Shown here: positions 39,109 through 49,616 of the stretch, piece by piece
Layout of the letters: each line of letters begins with the position of its first letter
How positions within the stretch are numbered: the first letter of the stretch is position 1
NCBI GenBank assembly: GCA_964007735.1
Contig: CAXGAI010000004.1
Span: 62,001-126,000, forward strand
DNA length: 64,000 bases
Origin: an uncultured Rhodopirellula sp.
Lineage (GTDB): Bacteria > Planctomycetota > Planctomycetia > Pirellulales > Pirellulaceae
Direction: 5' to 3'
Notes under the pieces: generated by a model
What the model saw: only the letters and a program-made list of their open reading frames with translations
What the model was told of the DNA's origin: nothing
The model's database searches: none
Program-made: the position numbers and the translations under genes

Positions 39109-40212
39109 CTAGTTTGACTCCAATTCGCCGCAAAGCTGTAACGCCCGCAGTGGATAAAATGTTCCGCTATAGGTGATGTACTGTTGGCCATCTCCATTCA
39201 GTGAACGTGTCCACCATCGGCCCGATTCACGTTGATTGGTTTTGATCCACTTGATTCCTCCCCGAACAGCCGGATGATCAGCTGGAATTCCGGACTCTCG
39301 AAGGATCATGATAGCCAAACCCGTTTGGTGTCCATCACTGGGAGTTCCTTCCTGCCGGACTTCGGAGCTTATGAGTTCTTTACGAACTCCACTTCCCCAT
39401 TTTTCCGGTGCAGCGAATGTTCTCATTGACCATCCCCCATCATCCTGCTGATGCGCAATAATCATTTTGATCGTATCTTGTTTGATTTGATCGTCGATCA
39501 GCCCTTTCCATTTGGTTGCAGTCCACAAAAGCAGCATCCGAGCGTAGTCATGAGGAGGCTTCGTTGTTTGCAAATATCTCTTTAAGACATTGATTTGCTT
39601 CTGTTGTTCTTTAGTGACTTGTTCTAAATAGTTGGGCGCTATTGCCAACGCCATGGCAGCAATGTTAGCACCATGATATGAACTTGATTCAAAAGGTGGC
39701 CAGCAGTCAAGATTGTTGTAACTGCCATCTTCCGATTGTGCAGTCAGCATTAGGTCGAGGGTTTCTTTTGTTTCGACAGTTAACTTATCCCTGACCGCGT
39801 CATAAGTGGCGAGTCCATTAGCAATGTATGCAAGTTGAGTTGGTTGCAAACCTTCTTTTAATGATGGTGCAGCTGTTTTCTTTAGATAAGCAGATTCGCT
39901 GAGGAAGAATTCTCGATGGCTCTCTAGCTGGTTGCTAAAGAGGGTTCCAAATGATGGAGCCAACTGCATAAATGTACCATTGGTATGACAGGACACGCAT
40001 TTTCGCTCTTCGGTCCAGGCCTGACTTCCTTTCGCTAGATAGTCGCGGGCAGCCGAAATGGACACGGTTTTTCGGATAGGCTCCTCAGCGGTAGCCGCTG
40101 CGATCTTGATTTCGCCGGTTTCATATTGCGGCTTTTCGGCAAAGGTATTGGCCGTAAGAATGAGTACCGTATTCAACGAAAAAATAAATCGGGATGAAAG
40201 TAAAAGCTTCAT
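39109..40212 (-). CDS. Exported prenyltransferase/squalene-oxidase-repeat protein with CxxCH, paralog 1
   Basis: Same motifs; collinear with paralog 2. Confidence 0.8.
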   Translation of the reverse strand: MKLLLSSRFIFSLNTVLILTANTFAEKPQYETGEIKIAAATAEEPIRKTVSISAARDYLAKGSQAWTEERKCVSCHTNGTFMQLAPSFGTLFSNQLESHREFFLSESAYLKKTAAPSLKEGLQPTQLAYIANGLATYDAVRDKLTVETKETLDLMLTAQSEDGSYNNLDCWPPFESSSYHGANIAAMALAIAPNYLEQVTKEQQKQINVLKRYLQTTKPPHDYARMLLLWTATKWKGLIDDQIKQDTIKMIIAHQQDDGGWSMRTFAAPEKWGSGVRKELISSEVRQEGTPSDGHQTGLAIMILRESGIPADHPAVRGGIKWIKTNQRESGRWWTRSLNGDGQQYITYSGTFYPLRALQLCGELESN

Positions 40213-40420
40213 GGTGGGGAATCCAATCGGAAGTGAACACTCTTATACAATCGCTCACAGCCGACCACGGTAAACTTAGAATCGATAAATTTGCGAGTTG
40301 AATTTTGCGATAAATTAGTCTAGCTCGAGAGATACTGTCTGTACTGTGCTTGCGTATCTCGGTGGCTGGACTCAAAATGAACTCAGTTCCTTATTCATTG
40401 TATCTGAAATCCGAAAGGGA

Positions 40421-42034
40421 ATGATGGTGAAACACATTCTTCTTAGATCCCTCTTCTTCGTTGTATTGGCTTCGAGCCTTTCGGCAGCAGAGAATCGCCC
40501 TAACATTGTCTTTATCTTCACAGATGATCATGCTCCCCATGCGATTGGAGCTTATGACGGCTGGCTTAAGGAAGTTAATCCGACTCCCAATATCGATCAG
40601 TTGGCTGCTCAGGGCATGTTGTTTACAAACAGCTTCTGCACAAACTCAATTTGTGGCCCCAGCCGGGCTGTCATTCAGACCGGTAAGCACAGCCATAAGA
40701 ATGGTTTTCGAAACAATGGTGACAAATTCAATTGGGCTCAGCAGACGTTTCCCAAACTATTACAGTCTGCAGGGTATGAGACAGCAATTTATGGAAAATC
40801 TCACCTTGCCGGACGACCTCAAGGTTACGACAAATGGGTTGTATTACCCGGACAAGGGCTCTACTACAATCCCGACTTTCTGACCCCCGAAGGTAAGGTC
40901 ACGATCGAAGGTTACTGCACCGATATTGTCACAGATATGGGTGTTGAATACTTAAAAGAAGGACGAGACAAAGACAAACCATTCCTGCTAATGGTGCAGC
41001 ATAAAGCTCCTCACCGCTGTTGGATGCCAGCTCCCCGCCATCTGAATCTATATGACGACATTACTATTCCCGAACCCGCTACACTCTTCGATGATTACAA
41101 AGACAATGCTCCTCCGGCTCGTTTTCAGGAATTGGAAATTGATCGTCACATGGATCCACATTATGACTTATTTCTGGATCTTGTTCCCACGGAGAAGCCC
41201 GAAGCTATTCAACAGCGTCAGGATCGAAGTGCCTGGGTAAACCTTCAACGCTTTACTCCCGAGCAGTTAAAAGTTTGGCGAGATGCATGGGAACCAAAAG
41301 ACCAAGCTTTTCATGAAGCCAACTTGAGCGGTGAAGATTTAGTACGATGGAAATTCCAGCGTTATGCTAAGAATTATCTGCGTTGCGTCAAAGGTGTGGA
41401 TGAAAGCGTTGGCCGTATTATGGAGACTTTGAAAGAAGAGGGGCTGGCTGAAAATACGGTTGTTGTTTACTGCTCTGATCAGGGATTTTATGTAGGTGAC
41501 CATGGTTGGTACGACAAACGATGGATGTACGACGAATCGATGAAAATGCCTTTCGTGATTAAATGGCCGGATGTTATTAAGCCAGGTTCTGTCGATGAGC
41601 ATCTGATTCAGAATATTGACTATGCGGCCACCTTCCTGGAGATGGCAGCAACGGAAGTTCCTGAAGACATTCAGGGTGAATCTCTGGTACCTCTACTGAA
41701 GGGGGAAGCCGAAGCGGATTGGCGCACTTCACTTTATTATCACTATTACGAATTCCCGTCGGTTCATATGGTGCCTCGTCACTATGGTATTCGAACTGAG
41801 CGATTTAAGCTGATGCACTTCTATGAGTTTGGTGAAGAATGGGAGTTCTATGATCTAGAGAAAGATCCAGATGAGTTAAAAAACCTCTATGGCAAACCAC
41901 GTTATGCCAAATTGATTGAACAGCACAAAATGGAACTTAAAGATCTTCAGCAGGAATATGAAGATGACAGCGACATTTCCGAAAAGCCACTGGATTGGCA
42001 ACTGAAACAGCGCAAAGGCTGGGTCAAGAAGTGA
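40421..42034 (+). CDS. Sulfatase (Cys-type; N-acetylglucosamine-6-sulfatase-like)
   Basis: PNIVFIFTDDH, NSICGPSRAVIQTGKHSH, HKAPHR, SDQGFYVGDHGWYDKRWMYDES. Confidence 0.92.
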   Translation: MMVKHILLRSLFFVVLASSLSAAENRPNIVFIFTDDHAPHAIGAYDGWLKEVNPTPNIDQLAAQGMLFTNSFCTNSICGPSRAVIQTGKHSHKNGFRNNGDKFNWAQQTFPKLLQSAGYETAIYGKSHLAGRPQGYDKWVVLPGQGLYYNPDFLTPEGKVTIEGYCTDIVTDMGVEYLKEGRDKDKPFLLMVQHKAPHRCWMPAPRHLNLYDDITIPEPATLFDDYKDNAPPARFQELEIDRHMDPHYDLFLDLVPTEKPEAIQQRQDRSAWVNLQRFTPEQLKVWRDAWEPKDQAFHEANLSGEDLVRWKFQRYAKNYLRCVKGVDESVGRIMETLKEEGLAENTVVVYCSDQGFYVGDHGWYDKRWMYDESMKMPFVIKWPDVIKPGSVDEHLIQNIDYAATFLEMAATEVPEDIQGESLVPLLKGEAEADWRTSLYYHYYEFPSVHMVPRHYGIRTERFKLMHFYEFGEEWEFYDLEKDPDELKNLYGKPRYAKLIEQHKMELKDLQQEYEDDSDISEKPLDWQLKQRKGWVKK

Positions 42035-42954
42035 TTCGTCAGATACAACGAGCATGGTTACTGGCGGTAATGCTGCCAACTTTTGCTTTCGCACAATCAC
42101 GGCCTGCCCCAAAGGGTTTTAGCTGGGTAAGTCCAGGTTCTGAAAAACTGGTAGCATCCCTTTCGAATAAACTCCGCCACCGCACTTTTACGAGTCCTTC
42201 GATGGGAATCGACGTTGGCTATTATGTTTATTTACCCCCGGGCTATTATCAGCAGGCTAACAAAAATCGTCGATACCCTGTTGTCTATAACCTGCATGGG
42301 GGACGGCCAGGAGGTGAGTACAAAATGGTGGCAATTCATCGTTTTGTAGATTCTGCGATTCGATCTGGAAAGATTGCGCCAGTGATTTATGTGTTTCCCA
42401 ATGGCGGCCCGATGAGTTGGTATAACTATCCTCAGTTTACGAACGGAAGGGGGGAAGACGTTTTTGTCAAAGAGACGATTCCTCATATTGATAAACAATT
42501 CAGAACAATTGCTCGACGGGAAGGTCGTGGGGTGCAGGGGTATTCACAGGGAGGTCGAGGTACCACTCGGATTATGTTCCAGTATCCCGAGCTTTTCGGT
42601 TCGGCAGCACCAGGAGGATCTGGTTATGCAACTGAAAAACGTATTCAGGAGAATGATGGAGTTGAATCGGAGTATGTGAAATTTACTCCGGGATATAACA
42701 CATGGGACCTCGCAAAGCGATATGCAGATCGGCAGGACGCGCCGCCCTTAAGACCATTAATCTGGGTTGGTAGCGATGAAGAGAATTACCCGTCCAATCT
42801 TGAATTCATGGACTATCTGGATGAATTAGAAATCCCTTACCAAAAGTTGATTGCCCCTGGAATCGAACATAACGCCCGCCAAATCTATGAAATTCGTGGT
42901 GACCAGATACTCAAATTCCACGACGCCAATTTTAAGCGCATGTTAAAAAATTAG
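42031..42954 (+). CDS. Exported esterase (alpha/beta hydrolase)
   Basis: VYLPPGY, YPVVYNLHG, IPHIDKQFRT, GYSQGG nucleophile elbow, C-terminal His. GTGA overlap with the sulfatase stop. Confidence 0.85.
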   Translation: MIRQIQRAWLLAVMLPTFAFAQSRPAPKGFSWVSPGSEKLVASLSNKLRHRTFTSPSMGIDVGYYVYLPPGYYQQANKNRRYPVVYNLHGGRPGGEYKMVAIHRFVDSAIRSGKIAPVIYVFPNGGPMSWYNYPQFTNGRGEDVFVKETIPHIDKQFRTIARREGRGVQGYSQGGRGTTRIMFQYPELFGSAAPGGSGYATEKRIQENDGVESEYVKFTPGYNTWDLAKRYADRQDAPPLRPLIWVGSDEENYPSNLEFMDYLDELEIPYQKLIAPGIEHNARQIYEIRGDQILKFHDANFKRMLKN

Positions 42955-43110
42955 TCAGTCGAATCGAGCGACTCTGCTTGTTACCGGCTCGGCAGTGCAT
43001 TTTCCGCGCCTAGTTTTTCTGGATATGGCATCTTAATAGATAGGGCTCTAGGCTCGAAATAATGCTTTTGTCTTGAAGCACTCGTAATTAATTTAACAAA
43101 GGAAAACAGT

Positions 43111-44118
43111 ATGTTGCGCACACTTTTATTTGGTGCAATTCTTGGAATCTTTGTCATGTTGACTGGATGCCAGACGGAAGACGAGCGTGAGGCAGGACAG
43201 CGACGACGCGAAGCAGAAGCGGAACAAACCCTTGAAGATTTGTTTAGTGGTCTGGCTGAAGCATTGGAAGAAGCGTCTCAGTCCGATATGTCCCCTATCG
43301 GAAAAGTGGTTCGTCAAGCTAAGAATTTAAGTAGTACCGCATTTAACGAAGGGCAAGTTGGAGCTGAAACAGATTATGACAAGTTTGCAGATGCTTGTGA
43401 CATGATCATGGAACTCATGGAGAATCATGAGAGAACGGAGCTCATGCCATATGCTAATGCGATTTATATAATTTTGTATAACGGGGCCTGTGCTTACAGC
43501 ATAAACAACGAGGTGGAACAGGCACTTACTACTTTTAAGTTGGCGGTGGAATTTGGATGGGATGACTTCGAGCACACAATGAATGATCCTGACCTAGTGA
43601 ATTTAAGAGCCAATGCGGGGTTTCAGGAATTCGTTATGGAAATGGAGGCGATTGCTGAACGCAAAGCCGTTGAGAATATACCCGCCGAAGTGGCCTTTCC
43701 TTTTGACTTCAGTTTAACCACCATCGACGATAAGCCACTCCGGTTGGCAGATTATAAGGGCAAGGTTGTTGTTGTTGACTTTTGGGGAACATGGTGCCCA
43801 CCTTGCCGAGCTGAAATTCCGAGTTTTATCAAGCTCCAGGAAGCATTTGGTGAGCAGGGTTTTCAGATGATTGGATTGAACTATGAAGGCGGATCACCGG
43901 TTTCAGACATGACGAAGGTAAAGAACTATGTTTCCAGTGAAGGAATCAACTACCCATGTGCTTTGGGGGACGACGCAACTCAGCAGCAGGTCCCTGACTT
44001 TAATGCCTATCCAACGACTTTGTTTATCGACAGGACTGGCAAGGTACGTCACCGGTTGGTAGGCCTGCATTCCTACAATGATTTGTCGGCGATCGTCAAA
44101 AAACTACTGGCCGAGTAG
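43111..44118 (+). CDS. TlpA-family thiol-disulfide oxidoreductase lipoprotein with TPR-like domain
   Basis: Lipobox LTGC; YNGACAYS...DPDLVNLR TPR-like; GKVVVVDFWGTWCPPCRAEIP; YPTTLFIDRTG. Confidence 0.9.
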   Translation: MLRTLLFGAILGIFVMLTGCQTEDEREAGQRRREAEAEQTLEDLFSGLAEALEEASQSDMSPIGKVVRQAKNLSSTAFNEGQVGAETDYDKFADACDMIMELMENHERTELMPYANAIYIILYNGACAYSINNEVEQALTTFKLAVEFGWDDFEHTMNDPDLVNLRANAGFQEFVMEMEAIAERKAVENIPAEVAFPFDFSLTTIDDKPLRLADYKGKVVVVDFWGTWCPPCRAEIPSFIKLQEAFGEQGFQMIGLNYEGGSPVSDMTKVKNYVSSEGINYPCALGDDATQQQVPDFNAYPTTLFIDRTGKVRHRLVGLHSYNDLSAIVKKLLAE

Positions 44119-44328
44119 GGGATATGTCCGCTCACGACATGCTTGTATTTTGCCATTTGAAAAAGGTGAGCAACTCCAAAAGAAAATAAGATTGTCTCCC
44201 TTAGGCAGTGCTCCAGCCGTTATTATTATGAACAGCTTAGAATCAAACGGTACTTGTTCGTAGTTGAAGGGATTGCGGGATCCATCAGCACGGGATGGAT
44301 TTTATTGTCGCCTCGGTTTACTAAAACA

Positions 44329-44988
44329 ATGCGTAATTTACTTCTATGCTTGCTTATTGTGGGTGGGGTTTCTGCGTACAGCAGGTATCAGGAATCCCAG
44401 CAAGTTCAGATGCTTGCAGCGCACCGAAGAGCAACGGTAAGTGAAGGACAAGCTGCTATTAAACAAACACTAGGTGAACGCGGGCTTGTGCAGTTCCATG
44501 GTGTCGTTCATAACCCATTGCCGGAAGACGAACAGTTGTTAGAGGGAAATGCAGAACAATGCTTCCCCGTAAATATAGACACGTCGCTAGCATGCGAACA
44601 AGCAATTGTTGAGGTGGTGGATTTGCATCATTGTCGCAAGCTATCAAAAGACTCGGATTGTCGCTCCGGTGGACAGATTGTAATTTCACTAACCAACTCC
44701 CGGATCGACGAAATCTTCATCAGTTTCCATTTGCTGGACACGGGACAAGGTGATTTCATAATCACTATGCCTGAAAAGGAAAGCTTGCAACGGGAGCTAC
44801 AGCAAGTATTCAGGCAGTTTGTAGATGAGCCCAGGTTAGCTGACCGTAATCAATTAAATGATTTGATGTTCAGGCTGTTCATGAACGCTAAGGCGAGCAA
44901 TTTTGATGAGCGGCTCGGCCAGCATTTTCTGAAGACACTTCTCGGTGCGGTGCATCACCAGTTGTTAGCGGCCAACGTTTTCAGATAG
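44329..44988 (+). CDS. Hypothetical protein with N-terminal signal/anchor
   Basis: MRNLLLCLLIVGG start; no recognisable motif. Confidence 0.6.
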   Translation: MRNLLLCLLIVGGVSAYSRYQESQQVQMLAAHRRATVSEGQAAIKQTLGERGLVQFHGVVHNPLPEDEQLLEGNAEQCFPVNIDTSLACEQAIVEVVDLHHCRKLSKDSDCRSGGQIVISLTNSRIDEIFISFHLLDTGQGDFIITMPEKESLQRELQQVFRQFVDEPRLADRNQLNDLMFRLFMNAKASNFDERLGQHFLKTLLGAVHHQLLAANVFR

Positions 44989-45009
44989 TCCCGACTCATT
45001 TTGGAGAGA

Positions 45010-46428
45010 TTAGGCGATGATATCGTTGACCACATTCCCAGCTACATCCGTGAGACGGAAATTACGCCCATTGAGTTGATAGGTCAGTTTTTGATGGTCT
45101 AGCCCGCATAAGTGGAGCATGGTTGCATGCAGATCATTTACGCTGACGCGATTCTCAACAGCTTCGTTACCGATTTCATTGGTCGAACCGTGATGTACGC
45201 CACCTTTGACTCCGCCACCAGCCATCCAATAGGTCATTGCGTGTGGATTATGGTCGCGACCGGTGCCTCCTTTTTGAACGATCGAAAGCCGCCCAAACTC
45301 TCCACCCCAGACAACCAGCGTACTATCGAGGAGGCCACGTTGGGAAAGGTCTTCCAAAAGTCCGGCAATGGGCCGGTCTGTTTCGCCGGCAAATTGTCCG
45401 TGATTCTTTGAGATGGAATTGTGTCCGTCCCAACTACGGGCGTTCTCATTTCCACCACTATAGATCTGAACAAAGCGAACACCTCGTTCCACCATCCGTC
45501 GTGCAACAAGGCACTGTTTGGCGAAGTGGTCACATTCCTTCACACCAACGCCGTACATGTCATGTGTGTCCTGAGTCTCGTTGCCGATGTCTAATGCCTC
45601 AGGGGCTGCTTGTTGCATGCGGTAGGCAAGCTCGAAACTGTTGATTCGAGTTTCCAAGTCGGACTCATCAGGCCGGGTTAAAGCGTGTTCCTCGTTGAGA
45701 AATTTCAAAGCATCTAACAATGCTCGCTGTTGGTTAATGTTCTTCTTTCCCTGAAGTTTCAGATTGTCGATTGGATCACCCTGAGGCTTTAACCATGTTC
45801 CCTGATAGACACTAGGAAGAAATCCCGCACCCCAGTTTTGCGCATACCCTTTTGGCAGTCCGCGATTGAGAGGATCTGACATGGTTACGAATGAGGGAAG
45901 GTTTTGGTTTTCAGTTCCGAGTCCGTAAGTTACCCAGGAACCTACGCTGGGAAAGCCCATACGTTTCATTCCGGTGTTGATCATAAACAATGCTGGACTA
46001 TGATTGTTTGATTCGGTGTAACAGGAGTGCAGAAATGCCATCTTGTCGACGTGCCTGGCGACATTAGGGAAGATTTCGGAAACCCAGCTTCCGCTTTCAC
46101 CATGCTGTGAAAATTTGAAGGGGGATTTCATGATTGGCCCAACATTGCCAGTGAAAAACCCCGTATTCTTGTCAAAGCCTTCGAGTTCCTGACCATCGTG
46201 TTTTTCAAGTTCAGGCTTATAGTCCCAGGTATCTACCTGACTCGGGCCACCATTCATAAACAACCAAATAATACTTTTGGCTTTTGCAGGAAAGTGTTTT
46301 TCTTTGGCTGCAAGTGGGCTCTTTGCGGCTTCCGCTTCCTGTTCGGCTAAGAGAGCATGTAGTGCTAGTGTGCCCAAACCACCGCCACAGGTTCGAAGTA
46401 GTTCTCGACGAGTATAAACGTTATTCAT
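45010..46428 (-). CDS. DUF1501 protein (Tat signal)
   Basis: TRRELL, GGPSQVDTWDYKP, WDGH, GGEFGR, GRDH, RLTDVAG. Confidence 0.9.
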   Translation of the reverse strand: MNNVYTRRELLRTCGGGLGTLALHALLAEQEAEAAKSPLAAKEKHFPAKAKSIIWLFMNGGPSQVDTWDYKPELEKHDGQELEGFDKNTGFFTGNVGPIMKSPFKFSQHGESGSWVSEIFPNVARHVDKMAFLHSCYTESNNHSPALFMINTGMKRMGFPSVGSWVTYGLGTENQNLPSFVTMSDPLNRGLPKGYAQNWGAGFLPSVYQGTWLKPQGDPIDNLKLQGKKNINQQRALLDALKFLNEEHALTRPDESDLETRINSFELAYRMQQAAPEALDIGNETQDTHDMYGVGVKECDHFAKQCLVARRMVERGVRFVQIYSGGNENARSWDGHNSISKNHGQFAGETDRPIAGLLEDLSQRGLLDSTLVVWGGEFGRLSIVQKGGTGRDHNPHAMTYWMAGGGVKGGVHHGSTNEIGNEAVENRVSVNDLHATMLHLCGLDHQKLTYQLNGRNFRLTDVAGNVVNDIIA

Positions 46429-46450
46429 AGATGTAATGATCGGTTAAGTA

Positions 46451-49400
46451 TTAATAGATATAGCAGAATTCGTTCAGGCAGAGCATCAACTGGATAAGAT
46501 CAGCAGTTGCCTGAATTTTGGCATCGGTGACACCTGATTGTTTATAGGAAGCCGTTTGGGATGCTAAAAAACCCGAAGCTTTTTGAACTTCACTTTTGTT
46601 AGGATTGCGAGACAATGATCGTTGATAGAACAAGTCGATCATTGCGTGGTCTGCCATGTTGTTTGCAATAAGCTGAGCGGCACTATCTTCACAACACTTA
46701 CGCAGGTGTGGGTTGTTTAATAGTAAAAGTGCCTGTGGCGCTACAGTTGTCGTTGGTCGTTGTCCCTGGCTGACGAGCGGTTCAGGAACATCGAACACCT
46801 GAAGCATTGGTACGAGTTTGCTTCGTTTCACCGTAAAGTAAATACTTCTGCGTCTCATTGATTCATCCAGCGTTCCCTTGCCGAACATTGTTTTGTCTAA
46901 TTGTCCGGTAGCCTGAAGAATGGAATCGCGAATCGCTTCTGCTTCCAGACGACGCGGACTAAACCGCCAGAAAAAAGCGTTTTCAGGATCTGCCAAAGCG
47001 TTAGCCTCGTGCGATGCAGATGATTGTTGGTAGGTATAGCTCGAAAGAATCAATGAGTGAATATGCTTCAGGCTCCAGTCACTGCCGATCAGTTCCAAGG
47101 CTAGCCAGTCGAGCAAGCCGGGATGAGTTGGAGGTTGACCTTGGATACCGAAGTCGTTGGTAGAGCTTACAATCCCCCGTCCAAAGTGATGGTGCCATAA
47201 ACGATTAACGATCACCCGGGCTAGCAGCTGTCCGGCACCGGCTTCCGTGTCAACCATCCAATTTGCCAACGCTGTGCGGCGGAATGAGGTCATCGAACCA
47301 GTGGGCGGAACTTCCTGCCAGAGTTCGATTGAATCTTCTTCCGGCATCAAAACCTGAAGGAAGCCTTGAGAGGCCTTCCCCATTTTTTGGTTCACATCAC
47401 CTCGTTTTAGAAAGTAGAAGTCTTCAAAGAAGTCTTTGCCCTGAGAGTGGTGACGAATTGGCTTGACACCTTCGCTGACGATCATGACAGTCTCTCCCTC
47501 TGGTCGAGGCATATTCTTCATGTGTTCAGCAGCATTGGCTGTTAATTCATTCCACTTATTATCGGATGTTCGGTACCAGTTAATTGCCTGCTTGACCTCT
47601 GCTTCGTCTCTGTCAGCAGCTTGTTTCCGTAGGATATCGGCCACCTCCTCCGAGATTGTGTTGGAGAGAAGTGGTAATTCAGGGTCACCTGAAACGGAGA
47701 TCCGGAATCGGCCCATAATGTGTTTTGTGTTTCCTTTGAACGAAACGGTAATTCGCAAACGGTGTCCGGATGGATTCTCGAGAGGCTCAGCCAATGTCAG
47801 GACAGCACCGTGGTCTTTCCCAAATTGTGGATCGACCGCCCAGCCGGTGTTTTGTTGACCGTCAATTACTGTACTTACATGCAAGCCCCCATCATTTTGA
47901 TTAAATGTGGCGCGCGCGTTGCTAAACTTAACGTCTTTGAGATTGTTTGCCGTTTCCAGTGGTGCGGCACCGATGGAAATTTGTGTGAGTTGAAAATTAC
48001 CGTTTGAGGCCAAGCCTGGTCCACCTGCTTTCAGCGCGGGATCCGCGAACGCTTCGATTCGCAATGCCTGTACACTTGGAAGATGTGTGTGGAACTCGAA
48101 CGTGAATGCGTCTTGATTTGCGACCGACCATGGCTCTACTTTGAAGGACTCATCTGCCTGTCGGTTGATCACCGAACTCTTCTCGGATTGCACATCGAAG
48201 AATTTCATGGTGTACCATTTGGGCAGCTCTTTTTCCGGATTTGCTTCATCCCAAATATCGAATGCCTCTCGTAATGTTGTGTTTTCGTACGCCGTGATCG
48301 CATCCAGATAAGGTTGATGTTCTTTTTCAAACTGAGCTCGTTTTTCTTCGTACTCCGTCTGATTTAAGAGTATTTCCTGATTAGAACGAACGGCTGTTGT
48401 GAACGTGGACGTGAAGCGATGGTAGTCAGCGGTTGGAATGGGGTCAAATTTATGATCGTGACACCGGGCGCACCCGATCGTCATGGCGAGCATTGCCGTT
48501 CCTGTAGTGGCTGCCATGTCATCCAATGCGTCATAACGTGATGGTTCGACTTCATTGGCGGTGATTTGAGTTGGAAAGACACCAGCCCCGAGAAACCCTG
48601 TTGCCATCATGGCGAGTGGATTTTTGGGATCGATCTCGTCGCCGGCTAATTGCCAACGTGTAAACTCATCGTAGGGAAGATCTCGATTTAGTGCTTTAAT
48701 GACAAAGTCACGGTAATGAAAGGCGAAAGGACGGTCATAGTCATGTTCGAATCCATGGCTTTCAGCAAACCGGGCCACGTCCAGCCAATGTCTGGCCCAG
48801 CGTTCACCATAGTGAGGACTATTCAAGACATATTTAATTGTCGCAGACAGCACTTCGGTCTTCGGTAAGGCGGTCAATTTTTCCAAATCATCAGCGGTTG
48901 GTGGCATCCCAAGGGTATCAAGGAAAATCCGTCGAATGAGCGAATGAATTTCTGCTTTAGGCAGGAATTCCAGTTTCTGATCTTTCATGGCTCCGGCAAT
49001 ATAGTGATCAATCGGGTTTTGCGGAGCAGGATGAAGATCAGATCGAATCTTGACTGAACGTAATGGTTGAAACGCCCAATAATCTTTTTGAGATTGATCG
49101 ATACGCCGTTGCGTCCAGGCATTCTCGGGCTCATCGACGTCAATCAATGGCCGGTCATAGGCAGCACCTAAATTCGCCCATTCAAGGATCGATTCGATCA
49201 ACGCTTCGCTGAGCTTGCCACTATTTTGTGGCATCGAAGGTTCGACTCGGTGATGAAGCATGTCAGCTAGATAACTCTCATGAGCCTTACCGACCTCAAC
49301 AACTTCACCGCTTACGCCTCCTCGAAGAAAAGCCTCCCGTGTCGTCAGCTCGAACTCACCTTCGGTTTTTTTACCACCATGGCATTTCAGGCAATGTGCC

Positions 49401-49558
49401 GTCAACGCATGTCTGACCGTCGATTTAAACAACTTTTGGCTTTGGGCCATGCGAACTGCATGAGTTGGGTCAACGGGATTTTGTTCAGTTTGTTGTCCCC
49501 GGATCGTGGTTTGGAGAAAAAACAGGATCAGGGAACAGATGACGAAACGAATCTTCAT
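46451..49558 (-). CDS. Planctomycete cytochrome c + DUF1549 + discoidin/galactose-binding-like insert + DUF1553 protein
   Basis: CLKCH, CARCHDHKFDP, insert ALRIEA...GGPG..NGNF.L...IDG...TGWA...GRFRISV, PTHPGLLDWLA, C-terminus LNEFCYIY. Confidence 0.9.
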   Translation of the reverse strand: MKIRFVICSLILFFLQTTIRGQQTEQNPVDPTHAVRMAQSQKLFKSTVRHALTAHCLKCHGGKKTEGEFELTTREAFLRGGVSGEVVEVGKAHESYLADMLHHRVEPSMPQNSGKLSEALIESILEWANLGAAYDRPLIDVDEPENAWTQRRIDQSQKDYWAFQPLRSVKIRSDLHPAPQNPIDHYIAGAMKDQKLEFLPKAEIHSLIRRIFLDTLGMPPTADDLEKLTALPKTEVLSATIKYVLNSPHYGERWARHWLDVARFAESHGFEHDYDRPFAFHYRDFVIKALNRDLPYDEFTRWQLAGDEIDPKNPLAMMATGFLGAGVFPTQITANEVEPSRYDALDDMAATTGTAMLAMTIGCARCHDHKFDPIPTADYHRFTSTFTTAVRSNQEILLNQTEYEEKRAQFEKEHQPYLDAITAYENTTLREAFDIWDEANPEKELPKWYTMKFFDVQSEKSSVINRQADESFKVEPWSVANQDAFTFEFHTHLPSVQALRIEAFADPALKAGGPGLASNGNFQLTQISIGAAPLETANNLKDVKFSNARATFNQNDGGLHVSTVIDGQQNTGWAVDPQFGKDHGAVLTLAEPLENPSGHRLRITVSFKGNTKHIMGRFRISVSGDPELPLLSNTISEEVADILRKQAADRDEAEVKQAINWYRTSDNKWNELTANAAEHMKNMPRPEGETVMIVSEGVKPIRHHSQGKDFFEDFYFLKRGDVNQKMGKASQGFLQVLMPEEDSIELWQEVPPTGSMTSFRRTALANWMVDTEAGAGQLLARVIVNRLWHHHFGRGIVSSTNDFGIQGQPPTHPGLLDWLALELIGSDWSLKHIHSLILSSYTYQQSSASHEANALADPENAFFWRFSPRRLEAEAIRDSILQATGQLDKTMFGKGTLDESMRRRSIYFTVKRSKLVPMLQVFDVPEPLVSQGQRPTTTVAPQALLLLNNPHLRKCCEDSAAQLIANNMADHAMIDLFYQRSLSRNPNKSEVQKASGFLASQTASYKQSGVTDAKIQATADLIQLMLCLNEFCYIY

Positions 49559-49616
49559 GGTAGGCTCGGATATTCGAGACAAATTGAAAAAGGACTAGGT
49601 CTTCGCAAAAGGTAAG

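Noticed and set aside
38963..39133. Apparent overlap or N-terminal extension of paralog 2
   Set aside because: Alignment with paralog 1 and the signal peptide place the start at 38962.
37841..40212. Hopanoid biosynthesis (shc) assignment
   Set aside because: Too short, has signal peptides, lacks DxDD, and has no hpn neighbours.
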